The notes under the pieces are model-generated. The model was not told the origin of the DNA and searched no databases. It was given only the letters and a program-made list of their open reading frames with translations. The translations under genes were made by a program, and so were the position numbers. A DNA stretch of 64,000 bases from a bacterium (GTDB lineage Bacteria; UBA8248): positions 672,001-736,000 of the forward strand of contig OZ242260.1 of NCBI GenBank assembly GCA_965207065.1. The letters run 5' to 3'. Positions 40,215 through 50,552 of this stretch are shown in pieces. Position 1 is the first letter of the stretch. The number at the start of each line of letters is the position of its first letter.

Positions 40215-41252
40215 ATGAAAGCGATGGTATTGGCGGAGGCGGGCGCGCCCTTCGTCCTGGAGGAACGGCCCATCCCCGTAGCGGGGCCGGGCGAGGCGGT
40301 GGCGCGCGTGCTGGCCTGCGGCTCGGGGCTTACGATCGAACACACCCGGGCGGGCCGCATGGGCGGGAATTTCCCGCTCGTGATAGGGCATGAGATCACC
40401 GCAGAGATCACGCAGGTGGGCGCGGGCGTGGAGGAACTCAGCGAAGGGACGCCCGTGACGGCGTATTACTATTTCACCTGCGGGCGCTGCCGCTGGTGCC
40501 GCGTTAACCGCGAGACCCTGTGCGATAATCTCGCCGGTCACGTCGGACGCCAGATGGACGGCGGCTACGCCGAGTACATCAAGCTGCCCGCCAGAAGCTT
40601 CATCCCCCTGCCCGAGGGGCTGGACTACAAGGGGCATCCCGCCGAGGTGGGCGTCATCTCGGACGCCATCGCCACGCCGTACAAGGTGGTCGGCCACGCG
40701 GGAATTCGCCCGATGGAGAACGTGGCCGTGGTGGGCGGCGGCGGCGGCGTGGGAATCCACATGGTGATGATGGCGCGCTGGGCGGGCGCGCGCGTCATCG
40801 CCGTCGACATCGCAGCGGATAAGCTGGGCAAATGCCGCGACATGGGCGCGCACGATACGGTGGATGCCTCCCAGGAGAACCTGGGCGATGCGCTGCGTGA
40901 TTTGACCGGGGGCGCGGGCGTGGACGTCGTCGTCGATTTCGTCTGCACCGCCGAGGGGGTCGAGGGCGGCCTGCGCGGGCTGGGCAAGGGGGGCCGCTTC
41001 CTCGCCATGGGCTCCAACCGGATAGAGCGCTTCCCCTTTTCTCCGCGCGAGTTGCTCCGAGAGGAACAGCAGATCCTGGGCAGCCGCTACGCCACCCGGC
41101 AGGAGGTGATCGACTCGCTCGAAATCGTGGCGCGAGGCGAGGCCTGGCCGCTGGTAAGCGAGACCTACCCGCTCGAGGAGGCCAACCTCGTACACGAACG
41201 ACTGAAAGCGGGCCAAGTCACCGGACGCGCCGCTCTGGTGATGTCTCAATAA
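40215..41252 (+). CDS. Zinc-dependent alcohol dehydrogenase (MDR family)
   Basis: GHE motif, CGRCRWC...C structural zinc site and a Gly-rich NAD motif. Confidence 0.92.
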   Translation: MKAMVLAEAGAPFVLEERPIPVAGPGEAVARVLACGSGLTIEHTRAGRMGGNFPLVIGHEITAEITQVGAGVEELSEGTPVTAYYYFTCGRCRWCRVNRETLCDNLAGHVGRQMDGGYAEYIKLPARSFIPLPEGLDYKGHPAEVGVISDAIATPYKVVGHAGIRPMENVAVVGGGGGVGIHMVMMARWAGARVIAVDIAADKLGKCRDMGAHDTVDASQENLGDALRDLTGGAGVDVVVDFVCTAEGVEGGLRGLGKGGRFLAMGSNRIERFPFSPRELLREEQQILGSRYATRQEVIDSLEIVARGEAWPLVSETYPLEEANLVHERLKAGQVTGRAALVMSQ

Positions 41253-41289
41253 TAGAAGACGCTTTCAGGTCCTTCAGCGCGGGGGTTGC

Positions 41290-42750
41290 TCAATCCGGGG
41301 TCAGCGCCTCCCTGCCAAAGCGCTCAATCGTCTCGAGCGTCTCGCGCACGTCGTCCCATGTCGTGGTGTGGTTGATGATGCAGAACCTGAGCGCGAACTT
41401 CCCCTTGAGAAGGGTGGATGAGACGAACGCCTTGTCGTCCCAGAAGATGCGGGCGAGCATCGTCTTGTTGATCTCCTCAAGCGCCTTATCGTCTAGTCCT
41501 GAGTCCGCCGGATTGACCCGGAAGCACACGACACCCAGCGAGACGGGCGTCAGCATCTCCAGAACCGGGCTCTCGCGGACGTACGCCTCCGCACGTTCGG
41601 CCAGTTCCATGCCCTTCGAGACGGCCTGCCGGAACGCGGCCATGCCGAAGGTCTGCACCGACATCCAGACCTTCAAGGCCCGGAAGGAACGGCTGAGCTG
41701 CAGGCCGCGATCGGAGAAGTTCGGGTGATTCGCGCCCCATATCGTGTCCTGTAAAATATCGTGCCGCACCGCAAACGCATTTTCGAGCGTAGTAACATCC
41801 TTCACGAGCAGGGCGCCCGCCTCGTAGGGCTGAAAGAACCATTTGTGCGCGTCCATTCCGATTGAATCGGCGCGCTCCATGCCCTTCAGGAGATTCTTGC
41901 CCTGCTCGGTGACGGCCGCGAAACCGCCGTAGGCGGCGTCGACGTGCAGCCAGATGCCCTGCGCATCGCAGAAGTCCGCCATCTCCCCGAGCGGGTCGAT
42001 AGCCCCCGTGCTCACCGCTCCGGCGTTGGCGCACACCGCGATAGGATGGAGCCCCGCCGCGCGATCCTCATTCACGGCGCGGGCGAGCGACTCCATATCC
42101 AGGCGGAAGTCTCCATCGCTCGGAAGAAGCCGTATCCGCTCGGGCTTGACGCCGATAATCCGCGCCGCGCGGATATGGGCGCTGTGGCTCTGGTCGCTCA
42201 TGTACACGCTCGCGCGATCGGGATGACCCGACGCTTCGCGCGCCGCGACGAAGGCGTCCAGGCTCGCCGCCGAACCCCCGCTCGTGAAAAGTCCGCCCGC
42301 GCTTTCGGGATAGCCGACCCAGCGCCGGAACCAGTCGATGACGACGAGTTCGAGCTGGCTCGGGCCGCTCGCGACCAGCCAGGTGCATTGGTTGATGGTG
42401 TAGCCTGCGGCCATGAAGTCGGCCAACACGCCGGGCCAGGTGGGTGAGGTCGAAACGAACGCAAGGGAACGGGGATGGTCCAGGCGCAACGAAAACGGGA
42501 GAATATCGCGCGCGGCGCGCTCCAAAACCTCCGACGCCGGACGGGCGGCCTCGGGCGGAGCCTCCATGAGCTGTTTTTCGAGTTCCTGCTGGAAATCCCC
42601 GTCCCACGCGCCTTGCTCGGCCAGATTCCCGCTTCGCTCCACGAGAATTTCCGCCGCCCTGCGCGCCAGATCGAGCATCTCTTCGGGCGCCATCCTGAGG
42701 CCGTCGCTCTCCCCAGCCTGCGCTTCTCTTCTTCCCTCCGAATTATCCAT
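41290..42750 (-). CDS. Group II PLP-dependent decarboxylase (aromatic L-amino acid/glutamate decarboxylase family), copy 1
   Basis: HPR, GLFTSGGS, WLHVDAAYGG and the PLP lysine in DAHKW. Start placed at ATG 42750 after GGGAG. Confidence 0.92.
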   Translation of the reverse strand: MDNSEGRREAQAGESDGLRMAPEEMLDLARRAAEILVERSGNLAEQGAWDGDFQQELEKQLMEAPPEAARPASEVLERAARDILPFSLRLDHPRSLAFVSTSPTWPGVLADFMAAGYTINQCTWLVASGPSQLELVVIDWFRRWVGYPESAGGLFTSGGSAASLDAFVAAREASGHPDRASVYMSDQSHSAHIRAARIIGVKPERIRLLPSDGDFRLDMESLARAVNEDRAAGLHPIAVCANAGAVSTGAIDPLGEMADFCDAQGIWLHVDAAYGGFAAVTEQGKNLLKGMERADSIGMDAHKWFFQPYEAGALLVKDVTTLENAFAVRHDILQDTIWGANHPNFSDRGLQLSRSFRALKVWMSVQTFGMAAFRQAVSKGMELAERAEAYVRESPVLEMLTPVSLGVVCFRVNPADSGLDDKALEEINKTMLARIFWDDKAFVSSTLLKGKFALRFCIINHTTTWDDVRETLETIERFGREALTPD

Positions 42751-43119
42751 TACGCATCTCCCATCGTATTGTGACATCGGAATAGAACATGGGGTGGTGC
42801 CAAAGAGACTGTTGCGGAGCCTTGCTCCCAGCGTCCCGTCCCACCCGAGCAGCCGGTCTTGCGTAACGGATATTCCCGTCACTTCATGTGTCGCATGCCG
42901 TCAATCTTCATTGATACGAATGAGGTTGTCAAAGAGAAAGGGCAAGCAGACCCCAGCCGACGGATGCCGGGAGGGCGTATCAGGAAAACGCAGCCAGGCA
43001 ATGGATACACATTACACAGATAGCGAACGATATTCGTTTCCTTTCAGCCCCATTTCTGGTGACTTGACCGGCAAATATCCAGCCGCTACAGGAATCGGGA
43101 AACGCAGGGAAGCGACCTC

Positions 43120-44583
43120 CTAACCATTTTCCTGCGCCAAAGCCTCTCCCCCGAACCGCTCAATCGTCTCAAGCGTCTCGCGCACGTCGTCCCATGTCGT
43201 GTTGTGGTTGATGATGCAGAACCTGAGCGCGAATCTCCCTTTGAGAAGCGTGGATGAGACGAACGCCTTATCGTCCCAGAAGATGCGGGCGAGAACCGTT
43301 TTGTTGATCTCCCCCAGCGCTTCCTCGTCGAGGTCCGCTTCCGCCGGACTCACCCGGAAGCAAACAATCCCCAGCGACACGGGCGTCAGCATCTCCAGAA
43401 CCGGGCTCTCGCGAACGTACTCCTCGGCTTGTGCGGCCAGTTCCATGCCCTTGGAGACGGCCCGCCGGAACGCGGCCATGCCGAAGGTCTGCACCGACAT
43501 CCAGACCTTGAGCGCCCGGAACGAGCGGCTCAGCTGCAGACCGCGATCCGAGAAATTCGGGTGGTTCGCGCCCCATATCGTGTCCTGGAGAATGTCGTGC
43601 CGCACCGCGAAGGCGCGCTCGAGTGTTGCCACGTCCTTCACGAGCAGGGCGCCCGCCTCGTAGGGCTGGAAGAACCATTTGTGCGCGTCCATCCCGATCG
43701 AATCGGCGCGCTCCATTCCTGCGAGGAGTTCCCTGCCCCGCTCCGTGACGGCCGCGAAGCCGCCATAAGCGGCGTCGACGTGCAGCCAGATTCCGTGCGC
43801 CTCGCAGAAATCCGCCATCTCCCCGAGCGGGTCGATCGCCCCCGTGCTGGAGGCTCCGGCGTTGGCGCACACCGCGATGGGATGGAGGCCCGCGGCGCGA
43901 TCTTCCGCCACGGCGCGCGTGAGCGCCTCCATGTCCAGGCGGAAGCGTTCATCGCTCGGGAGCAGCCGGATGCGTTCGGGCCGTATACCGATGATCCTTG
44001 CCGCGCGGACGTGCGCGCTGTGGCTCTGATCGGCCATGTAAACGCTCGCGCGATCGGGATGACCCGCCGCTTCGCGCGCCGCGACGAAGGCGTCCACGCT
44101 GGCAGCCGAACCACCGCTCGTGAAAAGCCCGCCCGCGCCCTCGGGGTAACCGATCCAGCGACGGAACCAGTCGATGACGACCAGTTCGAGCTGGCTCGGG
44201 CCGCTCGCGACAAGCCAGGTGCATTGATTGACGTGGAAGCCCGAAGCCATGAAGTCGGCCAGCACCCCGGGCCAGGTGGGCGAGGAGGGGATGAAGCCGA
44301 AGAAGCGGGGATGATCGTTACGCCCCGTGAGGGGGAGTATCTCGCGCGCGGCGCGCTCTAAAACCTCCAGCGCCGGGCGGCCTTCCTCGGGCGGAGTCGC
44401 CATCAGTTGCTTTTCGAGTTCCTGCTGAAAATCTCCGTCCCAGGCGCCCTCTTCGGGGAGCCTCTCGATGCGCTCCACCAATAGTTCCGACGCCCTGCGC
44501 GCAAGCTCAAGCATCGTCTCGGGCGTCATATGGAGGTTATCGCTCCCCAGGTCCGAAGCGGCTCTTCTCTCAGAATCTGCCAT
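43120..44583 (-). CDS. Group II PLP-dependent decarboxylase, copy 2
   Basis: Same motifs (HPRFFGF, HVDAAYGG, DAHKW) and nearly collinear with copy 1. Confidence 0.92.
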   Translation of the reverse strand: MADSERRAASDLGSDNLHMTPETMLELARRASELLVERIERLPEEGAWDGDFQQELEKQLMATPPEEGRPALEVLERAAREILPLTGRNDHPRFFGFIPSSPTWPGVLADFMASGFHVNQCTWLVASGPSQLELVVIDWFRRWIGYPEGAGGLFTSGGSAASVDAFVAAREAAGHPDRASVYMADQSHSAHVRAARIIGIRPERIRLLPSDERFRLDMEALTRAVAEDRAAGLHPIAVCANAGASSTGAIDPLGEMADFCEAHGIWLHVDAAYGGFAAVTERGRELLAGMERADSIGMDAHKWFFQPYEAGALLVKDVATLERAFAVRHDILQDTIWGANHPNFSDRGLQLSRSFRALKVWMSVQTFGMAAFRRAVSKGMELAAQAEEYVRESPVLEMLTPVSLGIVCFRVSPAEADLDEEALGEINKTVLARIFWDDKAFVSSTLLKGRFALRFCIINHNTTWDDVRETLETIERFGGEALAQENG

Positions 44584-45068
44584 TACACCTCACCTGCCAT
44601 CCAGTAAACAACTATTCACCAAAGCGACTACCAAGGCTCTATCGCAGATTACCCCACAACTGCGCTCCCTCTCGCACGCAGTCGGGCGCGGAGCAAGCGA
44701 ACCTCCTGGATATTTTCAGTGTCGCACTCCAAAACTATGATGGACTCACTTCGCTCAGTCAAGATAATTTGAGGGATTTTCGCACTTGCGGAGTCGTCAG
44801 AAGCACCCGACGCAGGGTGCCCCAAACAATGTTGACCAAGAATGATGCCGCTAGTTGCCAAACACGAAGAAATTTTATAAGGTATTGAGCGCATTTCTCA
44901 GAGAAGTAGTCCTGAATGACTACGCCCTCTGTTCGAAAATTTGAGGGTGGGGTTGTGTTGATGCGGGATGAGGTATTACGCTAGGCATATTATACTTGTT
45001 GCCAAGGCATACACCCTCGGGGTATCAGATCAATACAAATCTCACGCTGTTGGGAGGCAGAGCCAAGC

Positions 45069-45407
45069 ATGGAAATCAAGACTGAGCAGGAAAACGGGAC
45101 CTTGGTCGTGCAGGTAGATGGCCGCATCGACGGAGCCACTGCCCCGGAATTCGAGAGCACCATAAAGAACATTATCAGCGAAGACGACCACGCCGTCATT
45201 GTAAATTTCGAGGGGGTCTCGTATATCAGCAGCGCCGGCCTCCGCGCCGTTCTTCTCGTCGCCAAGCAGCTAAGCCAAAGCAACACGAAGTTCGCCCTGT
45301 ACGCGCTCGGAGAACTGACGCGCGAAGTTTTCGAGATATCCGGTTTCGACCGCATTATTCAAATACACGCATCGAAAGCGGACGCGCTTGCAGCGACCGC
45401 GAACTGA
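45069..45407 (+). CDS. STAS-domain anti-sigma factor antagonist (RsbV/SpoIIAA-like)
   Basis: GRID, phosphorylatable Ser motif YISSAGLR and VFEISGF. Confidence 0.92.
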   Translation: MEIKTEQENGTLVVQVDGRIDGATAPEFESTIKNIISEDDHAVIVNFEGVSYISSAGLRAVLLVAKQLSQSNTKFALYALGELTREVFEISGFDRIIQIHASKADALAATAN

Positions 45408-45548
45408 CAACCGAAAGACAAGAAACAGGGAACGAAAAACGCTTTCTCGGGCGTCTCGCCTGATGGATTCGCGCGCCGCGCTTCTTGTCGCGGCCTTCGC
45501 AATCCTACATATCCCTTGAAATCTTTCAGGTTCGGAAGTTGGAACGGA

Positions 45549-47738
45549 TTACCGGGGTAAGTCGATTATCATCTCCGTGTATTCGTCCGGTTCGGTTTCG
45601 ACCCGTATGTGTCCCCCATGCTGACGAATAATGTCGCTGGAGAGCGATAGGCCAAGCCCGGTGCCCTTGTCCGTCGGCTTGGTCGTGAAGAAGGGGTTGA
45701 ATATCTTCTCGGCGACTTCGGGCGGCATACCACTCCCGTTGTCGCGAATGCGTACCTCGATGCCATCCGGCCTGCACTTGGTGGCGACCCTGAGGGTGGG
45801 ATCGTAGCGCGGCGCATCTTCGGCCGAGGAGGCGGAGAGTTTTTGTCGCTTCTCGTCGGTGGCGTAGCAGGCGTTGCTCACCATGTTCAAGAAGACGCGG
45901 CCCAAATCCTGCGGAATGGCATCGAACTCCACCATATCCGGGTCCAAATCCCAATCGAGCGTGATGTTGAAATTCGGATCGGCCGCCCGTGCGCTGTGGT
46001 AGGCGAGACGCGCGTGTTCCTCGATCAGGGTATTGATGTTGGTCGGCTGCGCATCGCCCGAACCCCTGCCCATCTGGAGCATGCTCTCCACGATATTGTT
46101 GGCCCGCTCCCCATGCTCGCGGATGCGCTGGAGGTTGCCGGTGAGGTCTTCGCCGATTTCGGTGATGACCTCGATCGGATCTTCCTCGTCCTGTTTTTTC
46201 TCTTCCTTCTCCGGTTCTTGTCCGTTCTCCTGTCCGTTGCCGCCGTGAGTCTCCACCTTTCCCAGCTCTTCCATCAATTCTTCCATCAACTCCTCGGAGA
46301 CTTCCGAGAAGTTCTTGATGAAGTTCAGCGGATTTCTGATCTCGTGGGCGACGCCCGCCGTCAGTTCACCGAGCGCCGCGAGTTTCTCGCGCATGACGAT
46401 CTGATCCTGCGCTTTCTCCAGATCGCCGAGCGCGCTTTCGAGTTCTTCGTTCTTGCCCTTGATTTCCTCGGCCAGTTTTTCCACCAGGTTCAGACGCTGC
46501 ACCTCCAGGGCGTGGCGACGGAAGATCTCGAGCGCCGCGGCCATTTCCGCGACTTCGTCCTGTCCGCCGATATCGACTTTCTCCTCCAGATCGCCATCGG
46601 CCATCCGGCGCATGCGGTCCGAAAGCTGCCCGAGCCGACGCGAAAGTACGCGGCCGATGAACAGCCAGCCGATCAGCACGGCGCCGATGAAACTGATGGC
46701 GCTCAGCGCGAGCAGGATGTTGCTGCCGGTGCTGATGGCCTGGGCGGAATCCTGGGTGGCCTGTTTTGCGCTCTTGCGGGCCGTGCTCACCAGCGTTTCG
46801 GTGGCGGCCAGAATTTTCGCTTCCAGGGATTCGTGAAAAGAGAGCAACTCACCCTGTTTCCTCTCGAGCGCCAGTTCGCCCGCCCGCAGGTTGAACCCTC
46901 CCTCCTCGCCGTTACTCAGCTCGATCATCTGCTCGAAAAGAGGCTCGAGGGCAGCGCGCACCGGAACGTTCCCGAGCGCGCCCAGGCGCCGCCTGATGCC
47001 GCGCACCGTGGCCTCGAAACGCTCGCGCAGCGGCTCGAGCAGGGCGGCGTCCGATACGCTGAAGGCGGTGGCGAGAAGCTGCGCCGCGATGGTGGCGTCC
47101 GACCTCAGACCGGCGATGTAGCGGTAGAGGTTGATTCCCTCTTCCGAGAAGTGTTGCTCGCGCGGGACGGACGGCTTGTCGATTTTGCTGAAGCCCGTCA
47201 TGGCGAAGAACAGCTGATCGTCGATGGCGGGAACCATGACGTTGCTCAATTCCTTGCGCACCCACGTGAGCTGGAGCTGCAGCGTATCGTGCGAATCGGT
47301 GAGGTCGAAGCGCTGCAGCACCAATCGTTTGATGGCGGTGAGGTTTTCGATGAGCACGTCGCCGAGTTTCTTGATGCGCAGGGAGATTTCCTGATTGCCT
47401 CCCTGGCGTATCAGCGCCGCCAGCGCTTTCTCGAACGCCTCCTGGTCCTTGGCGACCTCGGTGGCTATCTGCTCCAGATTATCGGGATTCACCACAGCGG
47501 CCAGGCGAGGCGCCGCGGCCACCAGGGCGCTGCTGTGCTGAGCGGTTCCAAAGGCGCTCGCCAGGAATGGAACGGTGCCCTCGTTCACGCGATTCTGCAC
47601 CCCTCCCACGAATGCGAACGAGACCCATGCGACCACGCTCGCGATGACGGTGAGAGAGGCGGCGGCGCCGATGCTGAGGTAGAGCTGCGTCGATATCTGG
47701 TAACGCTTGTCCAGAAGGATTTTCAGCGCGCTTTTCAT
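45549..47738 (-). CDS. Membrane sensor histidine kinase (large periplasmic helical domain, HAMP, HisKA, HATPase)
   Basis: Two TM segments, HAMP (DEVAEMA), H-box AHEIRNPL, N-box NMVSNA, DNGSG and FFTTK...GTGLGL. ATGA-coupled to the upstream gene. Confidence 0.92.
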   Translation of the reverse strand: MKSALKILLDKRYQISTQLYLSIGAAASLTVIASVVAWVSFAFVGGVQNRVNEGTVPFLASAFGTAQHSSALVAAAPRLAAVVNPDNLEQIATEVAKDQEAFEKALAALIRQGGNQEISLRIKKLGDVLIENLTAIKRLVLQRFDLTDSHDTLQLQLTWVRKELSNVMVPAIDDQLFFAMTGFSKIDKPSVPREQHFSEEGINLYRYIAGLRSDATIAAQLLATAFSVSDAALLEPLRERFEATVRGIRRRLGALGNVPVRAALEPLFEQMIELSNGEEGGFNLRAGELALERKQGELLSFHESLEAKILAATETLVSTARKSAKQATQDSAQAISTGSNILLALSAISFIGAVLIGWLFIGRVLSRRLGQLSDRMRRMADGDLEEKVDIGGQDEVAEMAAALEIFRRHALEVQRLNLVEKLAEEIKGKNEELESALGDLEKAQDQIVMREKLAALGELTAGVAHEIRNPLNFIKNFSEVSEELMEELMEELGKVETHGGNGQENGQEPEKEEKKQDEEDPIEVITEIGEDLTGNLQRIREHGERANNIVESMLQMGRGSGDAQPTNINTLIEEHARLAYHSARAADPNFNITLDWDLDPDMVEFDAIPQDLGRVFLNMVSNACYATDEKRQKLSASSAEDAPRYDPTLRVATKCRPDGIEVRIRDNGSGMPPEVAEKIFNPFFTTKPTDKGTGLGLSLSSDIIRQHGGHIRVETEPDEYTEMIIDLPR

Positions 47739-48922
47739 CGCTTCTCCGGCCGCAGGATTTTTTCGGTCGAAACGTAGCGGCCGCCCTCTCCGATGACGGT
47801 GAGGAAAACGGCGTCCGAACCCTGGTTGTCGTCTTTGCCGTAGCGGAGCTTGAATCCACCGAGGTCGATGGTGGCCGCGCGGTTCAGACCCTCGAGAAGA
47901 CAGGCGCGATCGGGCTCGCGTCCACACAGTTCGAGGGCGCGGATGGTCAGTCTGCCGGCCATGTAGCCCTCCAGGGAGACGAAGCTGGGAACCGCTCCGG
48001 GCTTGTGAACCTCCAGATCCCGCCGGTAGTCCGCCGCGACCTTGAGATTCTTCGTCGTCGGGAACGGAACAACCTGAGTGACGTAGATGCCGACGCCGGC
48101 GGGGCCGAGTTCATGTACGAGCGCATTGCTGCCCACGAAGGAGAGCGTCACGAAAATCGGATTGAACCCCGTGTGGCGAGCCCAGGCGATAAAGGAAGCA
48201 ACGGGTTTATAGGCTCCCACGAGGACCACGGCCCCGGGGTTTGCGCGTCTGATGTCGAGCAGGGCCGTTTTGACCGCCGTCGTATTCCGTGGATAGACTC
48301 CGGTGACCGCAGGCTTCAGATTGCGCCGCTCGAGTGCGCGGCGAACGCCCCGGTAGCCCGCCAAGCCGAAAGAATCGTCCTGGTAGAGCACGGCGATCTT
48401 CTTGACGCCCAAGTCCTTGATCAGCCGATTCACCATCTCCTCGGTCTCCTGGAAGTAGGAGGCGCGCAGGTTGATGATGTTTTTCCATTTGGGATTGCGC
48501 AAGAAGGCGGCGCCGGTGAAGGGCGCGATATAGGGGACGCCCGCTTTTGCGGCGACCGGAGTGGCCGAGCGCGAGGTGGGCGTGCCGACGGCCCCGATGA
48601 GCGCGAAGACCTTGCTCTGTTCTATCAACCGGCGGGTATTCAGGATGGCGGCTTCGGGTTCATACGCATCGTCGAGGGAAGTGAGTTCGAGCCGGCGTCC
48701 GAAAACGCCGCCGCGCACGTTCGACGCGCGAAAGGCGGCTTCGATGCCGAGGCGCATTTCCTCGCCCAGAGCCCTCGCGGGTCCGGTGAAGGCGGCGGAC
48801 TGGCCGAAGAGAATCCGGTGGGGGGAAACCCCGGGCACGGCCGCTTGCGCTCCCGACACCGAGCAGATTATCGCTGCAGCAAGGAGGATAAGCGTCCGGC
48901 GGATTCTGAGCGAGAGGCTCAT
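47735..48922 (-). CDS. Periplasmic binding protein (PBP type 1, LivJ-like) with no cognate permease
   Basis: Signal peptide, GQSAAFTGP, DDAYEP, GAVGTPT and NLRASY. Confidence 0.88.
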   Translation of the reverse strand: MSLSLRIRRTLILLAAAIICSVSGAQAAVPGVSPHRILFGQSAAFTGPARALGEEMRLGIEAAFRASNVRGGVFGRRLELTSLDDAYEPEAAILNTRRLIEQSKVFALIGAVGTPTSRSATPVAAKAGVPYIAPFTGAAFLRNPKWKNIINLRASYFQETEEMVNRLIKDLGVKKIAVLYQDDSFGLAGYRGVRRALERRNLKPAVTGVYPRNTTAVKTALLDIRRANPGAVVLVGAYKPVASFIAWARHTGFNPIFVTLSFVGSNALVHELGPAGVGIYVTQVVPFPTTKNLKVAADYRRDLEVHKPGAVPSFVSLEGYMAGRLTIRALELCGREPDRACLLEGLNRAATIDLGGFKLRYGKDDNQGSDAVFLTVIGEGGRYVSTEKILRPEKR

Positions 48923-49341
48923 TCACTCCTCCGCTTGACAAGGCGCATGTGGTTCTTGTTCTCCTCCCGTCGATAAGTCACTTCGTCCATCATCGTTCGC
49001 ACCAGATGGATGCCGAGCCCGCCCACGGCACGGTCCTCGATAGTCGATTCCGTGTCCGGGTCGGGGGCGTCGGTCAGGGGATCGAACGGACGGCCGCTGT
49101 CAATAATATCGATGACCACCGACTCCGCGTCCGAGAAGAGTTCAATCTTGATTTCACCTTCTTCTCCTTCGCTGCTGCCGTGGTGAACGACGTTGAGCAC
49201 CAGTTCTTCGAGCACGAGGTCGACCTGGAATTCGATGTCGGGCGGCCAATCCTGCTCGCGGCTGAATTCCCCGATGGCGGATTGAATGCGCGGGAGATCG
49301 GCGGCTTCGAACCCCATGGTCAATGAAAGTTTCGCGCTCAT
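48919..49341 (-). CDS. RsbW/SpoIIAB-like anti-sigma factor Ser/Thr kinase (HATPase_c)
   Basis: N-box EELVLNVVHHG, DSGRPFDP and GGLGIHLV. Confidence 0.9.
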   Translation of the reverse strand: MSAKLSLTMGFEAADLPRIQSAIGEFSREQDWPPDIEFQVDLVLEELVLNVVHHGSSEGEEGEIKIELFSDAESVVIDIIDSGRPFDPLTDAPDPDTESTIEDRAVGGLGIHLVRTMMDEVTYRREENKNHMRLVKRRSE

Positions 49342-50552
49342 TCGCTCCCCCCGCGGCGGTAAAGGGTCAGACAGGTGATGTCATCGAACTGGGGCGCCCT
49401 GCCTGCGAATTCCTTCACCGCGTCGAAAATCTTGTCGTTGATCTCCTTGGCGGAGGACGGCGACGCGCCTCCGAGAATCCCCAGAAGGCGATCAAGGCCG
49501 AATTGTTCGGTCTTCACGTTCTCGGCCTCCGTCACGCCGTCGGTATAGAGAATGAGGGCTTCGCCGGGCGCGAGAGTCGCATTGTACATGTCGTAGCTGA
49601 ATTCCGGCGCGATCCCCAGAGCTACTCCCGGTTGCTGGGCAAGCAGGCTCGATGAGCCGTCGGCGTGAATGATGACCGGGGGGTTGTGGCCGCCGTTGGC
49701 ATACACCATTTCTCCGGTCTTGGATTCGAAAAAAGCGAAGAAGACGGTGACGAACATCGCGGCCTCGTTGTTTTCCTGAAGCAGCCGGTTCACTTCGCTG
49801 AGCACGTCGCCGGGCCGGAGTAGACGATTCACCTCGCCGAGCACCTCGCCCGGATTCGCGCGCGCGACGGCGACGCTGTTGAGCAGCGTGCGGCTCGACA
49901 TCATGAAGAGCGCGGCGGGCACGCCCTTGCCCGAAACGTCGGCGACCGTGATGCCGATGCGGTCGCCGCCGAGGTTGATCACGTCGAAGAAATCGCCCCC
50001 CACATCCCGGGCCGGCACCATGCCAGCGTAGATTTCGTAGTCGGGGCTCTCGGGAAACTTGGTCGGCAGGATCGACTGCTGCATCTTGCTGGCCAGGTCG
50101 AGGTCACTTCTGAGAGCGACCAGCTTGTCGCGCGCCTCAAGGGCTTCGCGCAGCATGGCGAGGTGTTCGAGGGTCCGATCGATGGTGATACGCAAATCCT
50201 CGAAATCGATCGGCTTGGTGACGAAATCAAACGCGCCCCTGTTCATCGCCGTGCGGATATTCTTCATGTCCCCATACGCCGAAACGACCACGGAACGCAC
50301 GTTGGGGTCGACCGAGGGGATTTGCTTGAGCAGCGTCAGGCCGTCCATCTCCGGCATGTTGATGTCGGTGAGCACCATGTCAATAGGATCGCCGCCGTTC
50401 TCGTTCAAGCGTTCGAGCGCCTCGACTCCGTTGCGCGCGAATACGAACGAATAGCGGCCCCGCCGAATCTCGCGCCGCATGCGCTGCAGCACGAGTTGTT
50501 CGAGATCGGGCTCATCGTCCACCACGAGTATCCTGTGGGGCTCTTCCATCAC
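49338..50552 (-). CDS. Response regulator-PP2C/SpoIIE phosphatase (RsbU/RsbY-like)
   Basis: REC domain (VVDDE, DINMP, KP) followed by VGGDFFD, ADVSGKG, YTDGVTEA and DDIT. Confidence 0.93.
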   Translation of the reverse strand: MMEEPHRILVVDDEPDLEQLVLQRMRREIRRGRYSFVFARNGVEALERLNENGGDPIDMVLTDINMPEMDGLTLLKQIPSVDPNVRSVVVSAYGDMKNIRTAMNRGAFDFVTKPIDFEDLRITIDRTLEHLAMLREALEARDKLVALRSDLDLASKMQQSILPTKFPESPDYEIYAGMVPARDVGGDFFDVINLGGDRIGITVADVSGKGVPAALFMMSSRTLLNSVAVARANPGEVLGEVNRLLRPGDVLSEVNRLLQENNEAAMFVTVFFAFFESKTGEMVYANGGHNPPVIIHADGSSSLLAQQPGVALGIAPEFSYDMYNATLAPGEALILYTDGVTEAENVKTEQFGLDRLLGILGGASPSSAKEINDKIFDAVKEFAGRAPQFDDITCLTLYRRGGSE

